A DNA stretch of 63,423 nt from Longimicrobiales bacterium (GTDB lineage Bacteria; Gemmatimonadota; Gemmatimonadetes; Longimicrobiales; Gaopeijiaceae): contig CBDANQ010000020.1 of assembly GCA_965197725.1 (NCBI GenBank), forward strand, positions 1 to 63,423, in the 5' to 3' direction. The notes under the pieces are model-generated. The model was not told where the DNA came from, made no database searches, and saw only the letters and a program-made list of their open reading frames with translations. Of this stretch, positions 50,217 through 60,545 are shown in pieces. Every line of letters begins with the position of its first letter. Position 1 is the first letter of the stretch. Both the position numbers and the translations under genes were made by a program.

Positions 50217-51843
50217 CCTAGGTTCAAGCGGTCGTCGCAACAGTACCGTGTTGAAGGGTTTTCATGCGCCCCGATGTTGCTGGACACTAGGCTGGCGAGG
50301 GCGATGGGGTCCAGACAGAAAGAAGTCAGTTCTTGATGTCTCCCAACCCGAGGGAGTCAGAAGCGACCGAAGGTCGTTGAAGGCTGGAGATACGGGAGCG
50401 GTAGAGCATTTCAACGCAAGGTTGAGGTCTGGTCCTTTGATGACAACAGATTTTCCAAGGTTTCCGCCGGAGTTCTCCAACCGAGGGTCTTGCGGGGGCG
50501 GCTGTTGAGAGCGGCTGCGACGGCGGCGAGATCGTCAGCGGTATGTCTGCTGAGGTCGGTGCCCTTCGGGAAGTACTGTCTCAACAGGCCGTTCGTGTTT
50601 TCGTTCGTGCCGCGCTGCCACGGGCTCTGCGGGTCGCAGAAGTAGACGGCCAGGCCAGTATCGATGCGAAGCCGTTCGTGCTGAGCCATCTCTGTTCCCT
50701 GGTCCCATGTCAGAGACCGGCGGAGTTGCTCGGGCAGGGTCGTGATCGACGAAGCAATCGCGTCCCGGACGGCTTCGGCACCGTGTCCAGCCAACGCTGG
50801 ACCGTTCTTGGTCCTGGGCTCGCCGTGTTTGTCAAGGCGGGGGAGGTGGAGCAGCATCGTAAACCGGGAGGCCCGCTCGACCAGCGTTCCGATCGCCGAA
50901 CTGCCCAGTCCCAGGATCAGGTCGCCTTCCCAGTGCCCGGGAACGGCGCGGTCGTCTGCCTCGGCCGGTCGCTCACTGAGCATGATCTCGGGGTGAACGA
51001 ACGTCTTGCCCCGTCCGCGGGTGCGAGCTCGAGGCACCCGTAGCGCGCGTCCCGTCCGAAGGCACGCTGTCAGCTCCCGTCGCAGCGCACCACGGCCCTG
51101 AACGTAGAGCGCCTGGTAGATGGCTTCGTGCGATATACGCATGGACTCATCGTCGGGGAAGTCGACCCGTAGCCTGTTGGCGATCTGCTCGGGACTCCAC
51201 GAGACCGCCCACCGCCGGTCTTGTCGGCGACCGCGACGCCGTCCGATCCAGCGCACATCGGGGCCCGCCACGGCCGTACCATCTGAAGCCGCGATCAGGC
51301 CTCCGAGGCGATCCTGTACATACTGCCTCAGTTCACCGTTCGTAGCGAGCTTCGCAAGCTTGGGACGTTTCGCTCGCCGATCGGCGTGCCATTGAGCGGT
51401 CGTGGCCCGATACTCGAGATTGCCTCCCCGTGTAGCTGCGTTTCGCCCCAGTTCTCGCGAGATCGTCGAGGGTGAGCGGCCCAACTGCCGGGCGATCTCG
51501 CGCACGCCACGACCACGGGCTCGAAGAACGGCGATCTCTTCTCGCTCAACGAACGAAAGATAGCGCCGTGACTGGGGACGAAGATTGAGGGGTGCCATGC
51601 CACCACATTCGCGAAACCAGCGCACCCCGACAGCGGGGGACACACCCGCTGCCACGGCGGCCTCCTCGCTCGACAGACCTCGAGCGACCTCTTCCCAGAA
51701 CCTCTGCCGATGCTCGCGGCGTCCCACCGGCGGACGGCCTGGTGAACGCATCTGTGGACGTAGAGCTCGATCCGCTCGTCGGCGCTTGCTTGCCTCCATC
51801 GCAACTCCTCCTCGAGGTGTTGCGACGACCGCTTGAATTCACC
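50217..51843 (-). mobile_element. IS30-family insertion sequence (1627 bp)
   Basis: 20-bp perfect subterminal IR TTCAAGCGGTCGTCGCAACA; 3-bp duplication CTG at 50214-50216 and 51844-51846. Confidence 0.9.
50411..51799 (-). CDS. IS30-family transposase
   Basis: WSPEQI, SHEAIY, GHWEGDL, WDQGTE, PWQRGTNENTNGLLRQYFPKG. Confidence 0.96.
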   Translation of the reverse strand: MEASKRRRADRALRPQMRSPGRPPVGRREHRQRFWEEVARGLSSEEAAVAAGVSPAVGVRWFRECGGMAPLNLRPQSRRYLSFVEREEIAVLRARGRGVREIARQLGRSPSTISRELGRNAATRGGNLEYRATTAQWHADRRAKRPKLAKLATNGELRQYVQDRLGGLIAASDGTAVAGPDVRWIGRRRGRRQDRRWAVSWSPEQIANRLRVDFPDDESMRISHEAIYQALYVQGRGALRRELTACLRTGRALRVPRARTRGRGKTFVHPEIMLSERPAEADDRAVPGHWEGDLILGLGSSAIGTLVERASRFTMLLHLPRLDKHGEPRTKNGPALAGHGAEAVRDAIASSITTLPEQLRRSLTWDQGTEMAQHERLRIDTGLAVYFCDPQSPWQRGTNENTNGLLRQYFPKGTDLSRHTADDLAAVAAALNSRPRKTLGWRTPAETLENLLSSKDQTSTLR

Positions 51844-52364
51844 CTGGACGCCGCGATCGGAGTGGTGGACGAGGCCAGACCGCGGCTGCCGAAGTTCGAG
51901 TGCGGCATCGAGTGCGGCCAGGCAAAGACGCGCGTCCAGGAGATGGCTGATGGCGTAGCCAATGACACGCCGCGACCACACGTCGAGCACGACAGCTAGG
52001 AAAACAAAGCCGGTCGTGAGCCGGATGTACGTCAGATCGGCCACCCAGAGCTCGTCAGGCCCCTCGGGCGTAATCGAGGGCCTCAGGTTCGGGTAGACGC
52101 GCTGCTTGTGATTGCTGTTCGTCGTAGCAAGCCATGCGCGCACGCGGCGGGGCGTAAGCGCGTGTTCACGCATGACCCGAGCGACTCGCTTGTGATTGAC
52201 TACCAGGCCGCGTCTCCGGAGCTCGTGCGTAACCCGTCGATATCCGTAGGCGGGGAACTCGGCGAGGATGTCTTCGATCCGCACGCGCAGGTCTGCGTCC
52301 GTTCTCTCCCGAGCGGTCTCGCAGGCCGCATCCGGTCGCTTGTAGAAGGTACTCCTCGGGATGT

Positions 52365-52757
52365 TCATGAGGCTGCATCCTCGTCGGACAGGGACACCCC
52401 TGGTCCGGAGATGATCGACGACCGCGCGCTTTTCTGTGACGGCTGTATCAGAGCCCTTTTTTTCATGGCGTCGAGTTCCATCGTCAACTGACCAATCTTG
52501 CGCTCGAGTGCCGCGATCTTGGCCTGGTCCTCGACAACTTGCTCCTGCAGGTGGATCTCCTCCGTAAGTTCGCCTTCCCCGTATTTCTTGACCCAGATCA
52601 TGAGCAGGGAGTGAGGCACACCGTGTCGAGTAGCGATCGCCCTGGCACTGCCTTCTCCATCCAAGTACGCCTGGACCAGCTGGATCTTGAACTCCGTGCT
52701 GTACCTCGTGTGTCGTCGAACCGTCATCGAACCTCCCGAGTGATTACGGAAGGTCAA
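52365..52757 (-). CDS. IS3 OrfA (HTH transposase subunit)
   Basis: YSTEFKIQLV...IAALERKIGQLTME; ATGA overlap with orfB. Confidence 0.9.
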   Translation of the reverse strand: MTFRNHSGGSMTVRRHTRYSTEFKIQLVQAYLDGEGSARAIATRHGVPHSLLMIWVKKYGEGELTEEIHLQEQVVEDQAKIAALERKIGQLTMELDAMKKRALIQPSQKSARSSIISGPGVSLSDEDAAS

Positions 52758-52843
52758 TCCATCGCCCCCTCTGTGTCCACTTCGTGGGGTTCACTCCAAC
52801 ATCTGTCCAATTTTGCACGACCGGTAACATTGGTGGGGACATT

Positions 52844-54090
52844 ATGGACGAAACGTACGGCGAGCTCGAGCTATCGAGATCCAAGACGCCTGCCGACCGA
52901 GGAGACGGGCTCAGTTTCCGGGAACGGGAAACCGCCGGGCAACTTCGGCTCCTGGATCCCCACCTCGCGGGTCTATACGAACGCGGGCTCGCGCTCGCAC
53001 GTGAGATAGATGAGCCCGGAACCGCCTATATGGTGGCTCATGTTGGGCGTGAGCTCTCCCGCGGCGTCGTGCGGCTCCTGTTGAGGGATGAGGGTCTGGA
53101 GGTTACTGCGGAAGACCTTGAGAGTGTGTCTTCCAACGAAAGGAACCGGCCGCCCATCGCGAAGGCTCTTGGGTTGGAGCCAGATGACCCGCGCGTTGAT
53201 GAATGGTTTTTTTTGGTAGGGCTGTTCTCGCGTAACCTAAAATGGCGATCCAGCGGTCCGAAGTCGGACACCGTGCGCGAAGCTTTTGAGCGGTTCACCA
53301 GCTTGCTGTACGGCCGCCTAGCGCCGTACTACGTCACGGAGGCCGAGTTGGATGCGCTTCTCAACGTCGAGACTCCAACTGGTGAACATGCGAATCAACT
53401 CCGTGACCTTCAGCTCCGTCATGGACAGCGGAACTACTTCTTCCAACGGCTAAGAAACCCGGGGTGGGTGAAGTACCTCGCGGCCGAGGGCTTCTTCACG
53501 AGCCCGCCAGGCCGGCAGCAGAACGCTGATGGCTCGTGGAGCCCCAGGCCATGGCCTGTAGGCAATTACCTCGTGTTAGCTGCAGCTGATGAACCGGCGG
53601 CAGTGCTGGAGGTTTTGAATTCAATCCCTTTGACGAACGATAACCCCTTCGTGTGGGATGTCGTGGCTAAGGCCGGCCGCCATCTTCCTCCCGATCTCGC
53701 CGCATGCATTGTTCCAACTCTAACGAACGCCCTCAAGACTGTACCGGCAACATCGGCGAGGATCTTCAGTGAGAGCGTGGTGGATCTTCTGGTCTGGCTC
53801 GCCGATACGGAACAGATAGAGGCGGCATTCGACCTCGCTGCTTATCTACTCCGAGTCGCGCGTCCGAGTGAGACGGAGGAAATCGAAGGACTATCCTTCT
53901 CAGTACGGACCGACTGGGTTTTCCCGCGTTTCGGGTGGAACAACTACGCTGAGCTCCTAGGACGCCTCGTGGATGCGCTCGAGGCTCTAGATGCTGCAAG
54001 AACTCTGGAGTTCCTGCTACCGAAGGTCCGGGGCGCGCAAAAGCTTACTGACCAGCTAGGGCGACCGCGAGCTAACTCGCTAGCTCGCAA
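52844..54090 (+). pseudogene. Large accessory hypothetical protein truncated at a tRNA fragment
   Basis: Protein-like sequence to about 54060, then reads through the tRNA fragment into junk-like residues. Confidence 0.55.
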
Positions 54091-54130
54091 TCATAATCCG
54101 CGTGTCGGGGGTTCAAGTCCCTCGGGCCGC
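54091..54130 (+). other. 3' fragment of a tRNA with CAT anticodon (att-site remnant)
   Basis: TCATAATCCGCGTGTC GGGGG-TTCAAGT-CCCTC anticodon loop plus T-arm; no 5' half. Confidence 0.65.
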
Positions 54131-54542
54131 TTTTCTTGCCCCGTGTTACCGCTGTGTAACCGCTCGTGCCTGTTGGCCCCTGGCTCCCCCTTGGCACTGC
54201 AGCTGGCCAGAGCAGGGAGATCCACGGGAGCGTTTGTTGGCATTCTCTCCCCACGTGCGGCGTCCTGGCGATCCTCGCGGGGCGGCCTCCGGCCTCAGCA
54301 GGAAAGCGGGTACGTAACCGCCGATTAGCATGGCTTCGGCTCATGTCGACGCACAGCTCACGGAATCTCTCGAACAGCCCAGAATCGTAGCTCGCGAAGA
54401 CGTCGTCGAGACACACGTGACGGGGGTTGGGCGGCGCAGAGGCGGATCACCCTTTGCTCATTGTGGGGCCTGTGGCTCTCTTGTGCACGAGCGGGACATC
54501 ATCGTCTCGCTCGTTTCGCACGACCTATCCCGGAGATGACCG

Positions 54543-54998
54543 ATGCGGATTCAATGCCTGAGCACGTTCGCCCTCCTGCTCGCGATTGCAGGCCTCACCA
54601 GCAACGCCGCCGCGCAAGCGGGGCGTGAGTACATCAACGCGCGCTCCACCACCGACGCGGCCGCGCCTCCGTTCAGTGGAGCGGTGCTGGCCGGTAATAC
54701 GCTCTACCTGTCCGGAACGCTCGGGCTGGACTCGAACCAGCAAGTACCGTCCACTCCGGAGGCGGAAGCGAAGCTCGTCCTGGACAACCTCCGCAGCACG
54801 CTCACGGCCGCCGGCATGACAATGGACGACCTCGTCACCGTCCAGGTTTTCTGCTCCGATGTCGCTCACTACGACGCTTTTAACGCGGTGTACCGGACGT
54901 ATTTCGAGGGTGAGTTTCCGGCTCGAGCCTTTGTCGGGGCCGGCACCCTGTTGTTCAATGCGCGCTTCGAGGTACAGGGAATCGCCGTGAGACGATAG
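54543..54998 (+). CDS. RidA-family protein with signal peptide
   Basis: PFSGAV, LYLSG, FNAVY, FPARA, FEV. Confidence 0.9.
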   Translation: MRIQCLSTFALLLAIAGLTSNAAAQAGREYINARSTTDAAAPPFSGAVLAGNTLYLSGTLGLDSNQQVPSTPEAEAKLVLDNLRSTLTAAGMTMDDLVTVQVFCSDVAHYDAFNAVYRTYFEGEFPARAFVGAGTLLFNARFEVQGIAVRR

Positions 54999-55194
54999 CG
55001 TGAGCAACGACCACCGCAGGCCGGTAGGTGCCGCTCAACAGCGACCCCTCGAATGATAAGGGCCGTCTTGGTCCGGCCCCTTGATGGTGGTTTCCCACCG
55101 CACTATGCATGGCAGATCTTCGTGGAAGGCGTGGTGATCGTCGACCTAGAGCGATCCGCTCGCGCTCTGGTGACCTGCGCCGCATCTTGAGCGC

Positions 55195-55350
55195 ATGAGC
55201 GACCCCATCACCCGCCTGAACGCAGCCCTGGAGGGCCGATACCGCATCGAGCGTGAGCTAGGCAAGGGTGGGATGGCCACGGTCTACCTGGCCGACGACA
55301 TCAAGCACGAGCGAAACGTCGTGCTGCTCAGAATCGAGCCGGCGCGCTAG
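55195..55350 (+). pseudogene. Ser/Thr protein kinase N-terminal stub (51 aa)
   Basis: MSDPITRLNAALEGRYRIERELGKGGMATVYLADDIKHERNV, then stop. Confidence 0.8.
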
Positions 55351-55385
55351 CGGTCGCCGGCGTCGACACTACAAGGAGAACCGCA

Positions 55386-57433
55386 ATGAAGTGCAAAGTG
55401 ATAGGACTCATCCGGGTCTCCGCACTGGCGGTATTGGCTCTTCTGCCGGCGTCCACTGCTTTGGCGGAGGTCGTGCGGATCGAGGTGGAGTCGCGCGTCG
55501 ACCTCGCCGGTGGCATGGCCTTCGGGCTGGTCGGCGCGTACGAGCGGATCATCGGCACGATCTACTTCGCCGTCGATCCCTCGAACCCGGCCAACCGGAT
55601 CGTCACTGACATCGACCTGGCCCCGCGCAACGCCGACGGTAAAGTCGAGTTCTCAGCCAACTTCTTCCTGATCAAGCCCAAGGACATCGCTCTCGGTAAC
55701 GGCACGGTTCTCTACGAAGTGTCCAATCGCGGCGGCAAAGGCATGCTGCGGTACTTCAACCGGGGCCAGGGCGGCAACGATCCCATGACCGAAGCCCAAA
55801 TGGGCGACGGGTTCCTGATGCGAGAGGGCTTCACCTTGCTGTGGCTGGGGTGGCAGTTCGACCCGCCGCTGCGCGACGGACTCATGCGCCTGACGGCGCC
55901 CATCGCGACCGACGACGGACGTCCGATCCGCGGAGTGGTTCGTAGCGAAATCATCGTCTCGAGTCCCGCCGCCGACCGCTCGCTCGCCGACCGCAACCAC
56001 GTGCCGTACGAGGTCGCCGACCCGCAGGATCTGTCCAACACGATGACGGTGCGGAGCTCGGTCGACGGAACGAGGCTCATCGTCCCCCGGAGCCAGTGGC
56101 GGTTCGCCCGTGTCGAGAACGGCGACGTGGTGGCAGACCGAGGACGGGTGTGGCTCGAAGCAGGATTCGAGGCCCACAAGATCTACGAGGTCGTCTACGT
56201 CGCCGAGGACCCGACGCTGGTGGGCCTCGGGCCGGCCGCGGTGCGCGATGCTGTCTCTCAGATCAAGAACGGTGGGGGCGGACGAGCTCGGGATCGGCGA
56301 CGGGGACATCCAGCGCGCGCTCGGCTTCGGGATCTCACAGAGCGGGCGCTTCCTGCGCACGTTCCTCTACTACGGGTTCAACCGGGACGAAGGAAACCGC
56401 AAGGGCATTCGACGGCATCATCTCACACGTCGCTGGCGCCGGGCGGGGCAGCTTCAACCATCGCTTCGCGCAGCCCTCGCGCGACGGCCACCCGTTCCTG
56501 AACAAGCTCTATCCGACCGACATCTTTCCCTTCACCGACGTCACGCAGACCGATCCCATCAGCCGCGCGACCGACGGGCTGCTCGCCCGCCTCGACACCG
56601 AGCTCGAGCCGAAGATCTTCTACACCAACTCGTCGTACGAGTATTGGGGACGCGCGGCGTCGCTGATCCATACCTCGCTCGATGGGCAGCGTGACGTCGA
56701 TCCGCCGGAGAACGTCCGCATCTACTCGTTCGCCGGCGGCCAGCACGGACCGGCTGGGTTCCCGCCCCGGCAGGGCAGCGGGCAGCAGCCCAGCAACCCG
56801 AACGACTACTCGTGGTTCATGCGCAGCCTGCTGCTGGCGATGAACCGGTGGACGACCGACACCGCGCCGCCGCCGGCCAGCAGCTATCCGCGTATCGACA
56901 GGAGGGAGCTGGTGCTGCCTACGGCGCTGGCGTTTCCCGGCCTTCCCGGCGTGGGGCAGCCGGCGACCCCGCACCGGGCCTTTCGTGTGAGCTACGGGTC
57001 GGACTTCGCCACCAGGGGCATCGTAAGCATCCAGCCCCCCGAGGTCGGCCCGGCGTTCCCCATCCTCGTGCCTCAGGTCGACGCCGACGGCAACGAGGTC
57101 GGCGGCTTGAAGATGCCAGAGGTGTCGGTGCCTCTGGCAACCTACACCGGCTGGAACCTCTTCCGGCCCGGGGCGGGCCCGACCGATGTCCTTTCGAGCA
57201 TGCAGGGCTCGTACGTCGTCTTCCCACGCACCGTCGCCGAGCGGCAGGCCGCAGGCGACCCACGGGCTTCCATCGAGGAACGCTATGACGGACCGGACGA
57301 GTACGTCGGGCTGGTGTCGGCCGCTGCACAGCCGTTGATCGACGACGGCTATCTGCTCGCCGACGATCTCCCGGAGATCCTCACTCAGGCGGAGCGGCAC
57401 TGGAGCTACGTGATGTCAAATCGTCCGCGATGA
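55386..57433 (+). CDS. Secreted alpha/beta-hydrolase-domain protein, frameshifts near 56275 and 56403
   Basis: YEVSNRG, GWQ, GISQSGRFLR, EYWGR, GGQH, VDADGNE spread across three frames. Confidence 0.78.
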
Positions 57434-57666
57434 GGAGAGACGGGTTCCTGGTCTCCGCATGCGTCATGCTGGCGGCCGCCGTCCCCGGTCCGGCGTTGCA
57501 GGCACAAGCGGCCGTACCGCGTCGTCGCCGATCGAGAGGTCGCGCTACCGCAGTGTCCGCGCGGATGACGCCCCGCGCGCCCACCACCACGGCGGGTTGG
57601 TTGCATGACGCAGCAATGAACGATCACTTACGAACGTGCACGCTGCCGAACCTGCGGAGGACGTCG

Positions 57667-58773
57667 ATGAGCGTTAAGCCGCCCACTCGATTCTTGTTGA
57701 TGCTCCTGGGGATTTCCTTCCTCGGAGCGCCCCTCGCTGCCCAGAACGTGCCGAGGCTCGACTCCTATGACGGGGTGGTGGTCCGGATCCTCCAGAGCAA
57801 CAACGCCGGTGATGTCCAGCACATCATCGATCCGCTGACGAACGAAGTGGTGGGGGTCATCGAGGGGTGTCCGCGACCCCACAACCTCTTCGCCCATCCC
57901 GAAGGGCGGTACTACTACTGCACCAACGAGACCGAGAGCACTCTCGATGTCTTCGACACGATGACGCTGCGACTGGTCGAGCAGCTCCCGCTCACGGCCA
58001 GACCGAACAAGGGTGCCATCAACAAGAAGCACCGTAAGATCTATGTCGGGATCTCCGCGGCGCCGTTCGTCGACGTGTTCAACCTCGACACGCACGAGAA
58101 GATCACGAGCGTCTCCGTGACGACCGGCATTCACAACGTTTATGTGAGCCCGGACGGCAACTGGGTCGTCGCGGGCCTGAACGCGCGGTCTGAGGGGTCG
58201 ATCGAGATCATCGACCCCAACACGGATGAGGTCGTCGGATCGATCACGCTGGTGGACGATAGGGGGGAGCCCCACACCGTGCGGCCCATGGCGTTCTTGG
58301 CCGGGGACGACGGCTCGACGAACAAGATCTTCGCGCAAGGCTCCGGAGTGAACGGAGTATGGGTGATCGACTGGGAGACGGGGCAGAAGGAGACGATCCT
58401 CTTCCCGCCGACCCTGCCGGCATGGATGCGGAACGCGGATGGTAACCAAGGCGCGCCGATGCACGGCCTCGAAGTGCTTCCGGATCGCTCGGCGGTATGG
58501 GCCTCGAGCCGCCTCGACAGCCGGATCTACGGCTGGTCGCTTCCGGATCTGGAGTACATCGGCGCGGTCGAGGTGGGGCCGACGGCGAACTGGATGACGT
58601 CGACGCCCGACAGCCGGTACATGTATGTCGCGATCTCGGGATCCGACCACACCATCGCCGTAGACCTGCAGACTCTCGAGATCGTCGCGAGGATGAAGAC
58701 GGGCGCACGGCCCGCCAGGATCGACGTGGCGGTCCTCCCGCGGGATCGTGTGCGCACTCCGGGGGGTCGCTAG
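57667..58773 (+). CDS. YncE-family secreted beta-propeller protein
   Basis: Signal peptide; repeats IIDPLTNEVVG, HNVYVSPDG, STPDSRYMYV. Confidence 0.8.
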   Translation: MSVKPPTRFLLMLLGISFLGAPLAAQNVPRLDSYDGVVVRILQSNNAGDVQHIIDPLTNEVVGVIEGCPRPHNLFAHPEGRYYYCTNETESTLDVFDTMTLRLVEQLPLTARPNKGAINKKHRKIYVGISAAPFVDVFNLDTHEKITSVSVTTGIHNVYVSPDGNWVVAGLNARSEGSIEIIDPNTDEVVGSITLVDDRGEPHTVRPMAFLAGDDGSTNKIFAQGSGVNGVWVIDWETGQKETILFPPTLPAWMRNADGNQGAPMHGLEVLPDRSAVWASSRLDSRIYGWSLPDLEYIGAVEVGPTANWMTSTPDSRYMYVAISGSDHTIAVDLQTLEIVARMKTGARPARIDVAVLPRDRVRTPGGR

Positions 58774-58854
58774 TCCGAGAGGACGGATGCTAATGATCGA
58801 ACGACGAGATTCGTCGCCTGAGGCGACGGCGGATTGGCCCGGAGGTAGCTCAAG

Positions 58855-59724
58855 ATGAGCTCAGAAAACGGACCGCGGAGGCGGGAGGCGCGGGTGATGG
58901 CCCTTGCCGTGTGCGCTGGCGCCGGGGTCTTTGGGGCGCTGGGCCTGACAGCATCGCCCGAGGCCACGCCTCGGCGCGACTTCGATTTCTATCGGCAGAA
59001 CATCGAGCCGATGTTCGCGAGGCCACGGGGCTACCCCAACGGTGGGGGAAGCCCCGCGTGCGTGATGTGCCACACGTGGCAGACGAGCCTTCGTCTGGCC
59101 CTCGAAGACATGACCGAGACGCCGGATGGCTGGGGCTGGACCGAAGGGCAGTCCGTGCTCAACTACGACGTCGTGACCAGGCTCGTCGACGCCTCGGACC
59201 CCGCCAGCAGCAAGCTCCTCAAGAAGCCGCTCTCGACCCAGGCAGGGGGCGAGGGTCACACTGGCGGCACATACTGGCAGTCGACGGACGACCCGGAGTA
59301 CCGGGTCGTGCTCGAGTGGATCGAGATGCTGCCAGCCGCGCAGTTCACGCCGTCCCCTGAGCCGACGCTCGACTTCGATTTCTACCGCACGTGCGTTCAG
59401 GAGATCTTCGCGAACCCGCTATACGGCCAGCTTTCGTGCACACGGTGTCACGCCGGCGGCTCGAGAGGCTTCGCTCCCCGCCCCGCGAATGGCTCGTTCT
59501 GGACCGAGGTGGAGGCTCGTCGGGGCTTCGGGGTGATCCAACGCCTGATCGTGCCAGGTAACCCGGTGCAGAGCCGGTGGCTGCTCAAGCCTCTTCACCC
59601 GGACGGCGGCGGATCGTACTCGCACAATGGCGTCAGGCGCTGGCAGTCGCGGGACGATCCGGAGTGGCAGATGCTCGCGGCGTGGGTGCGCGGCGAAAGA
59701 AGCGGTAACGACTGTTCCATGTAG
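58855..59724 (+). CDS. Secreted diheme c-type cytochrome with two repeated domains
   Basis: CVMCH and CTRCH; repeated DFDFYR...S.LL.KPL......H.G...WQS.DDPE. Confidence 0.75.
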   Translation: MSSENGPRRREARVMALAVCAGAGVFGALGLTASPEATPRRDFDFYRQNIEPMFARPRGYPNGGGSPACVMCHTWQTSLRLALEDMTETPDGWGWTEGQSVLNYDVVTRLVDASDPASSKLLKKPLSTQAGGEGHTGGTYWQSTDDPEYRVVLEWIEMLPAAQFTPSPEPTLDFDFYRTCVQEIFANPLYGQLSCTRCHAGGSRGFAPRPANGSFWTEVEARRGFGVIQRLIVPGNPVQSRWLLKPLHPDGGGSYSHNGVRRWQSRDDPEWQMLAAWVRGERSGNDCSM

Positions 59725-59899
59725 GCTGATTGCTTAACCAGTCAGCCGGGAGCAGGAGGTCGCAAGGACTCGCGAGGCCGGCCGGAGAGAAGGACGAATC
59801 ATGGCAGGTGAGATACTGGTGCCACCACCTCAGGGAGAGGACCCGGAGGACTAGCGGCCACCGCTCAATCGACCCAGACCTACACCGACCATCACCCCG

Positions 59900-60545
59900 T
59901 CAACGGACTCGATCAGACCCCAGTCGATCATCCACAACGAATCGGCCCGGGCCGGCATCTGGATCGGAAACAGGGTTTCTGCACTCATCACTGCGGTCTC
60001 GTCGATGATCCCGTTCTTCCAGAGGAGGTAGGCAGTGATGGCGTAGACATCATCGTCGGACAGCGATCCGGGCCGATCGGACGGCATGGCCCTGCGCACA
60101 TAGTCGAAAACGGTGGTAGCGTATGGCCAGTAGTTGCCGATCGCCCTCGTCGAGCTAGGCACGTCCCCGTCTGGGAACCCCAAGGCATCCGGCGCCGGTA
60201 CCAGCCGGTCTCCGAGGGGCGTCCCTTGCAGATCCACGCCGTGACACGCGATGCAAGAGGAGGCGTAGATCTTGGCGCCGTCCGCGGCGGTTCCCCGCCC
60301 CTGCGGAAGTCCGTTCCGTCCGGCATGATATCGATATCGAGCGCCGAAATGTCTCCCTCGGTCGCGGCGCGGCCGACGCCGAAGCGGGCGGGCAGCGGAT
60401 GTGATGCGGGCCTGGCGGCCACGACTGCTGGAGCCGATCCCAAAGTCGCCCGATCGTTCGGGACGCTTGGGTCGCATCCGGTCGAGAACGCCACACCCAT
60501 AGCCGCAAGCAGGATCAAAGGTCGATCCCGCGCCATCGACCTCAT
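59900..60545 (-). CDS. SoxD-like cytochrome c, frameshifted
   Basis: DIDIMPDG, CIACHG, IGNYWPYATTVFDYVRRAMP. Confidence 0.8.

Larger units (their letters stand above)
49944..52368 (-). pseudogene. IS3 OrfB DDE transposase split by IS30
   Basis: WVADLTY...HHSDRGVQ (to 51844), resuming QYAS...DNAHVESFF...HSSLGY (from 50216). Confidence 0.92.
49883..52801 (-). mobile_element. IS3-family element interrupted by IS30
   Basis: IRs TGTTGGAGTGAACCCC...GTGGACA at both ends; orfA and a split orfB inside; no clear TSD. Confidence 0.9.
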
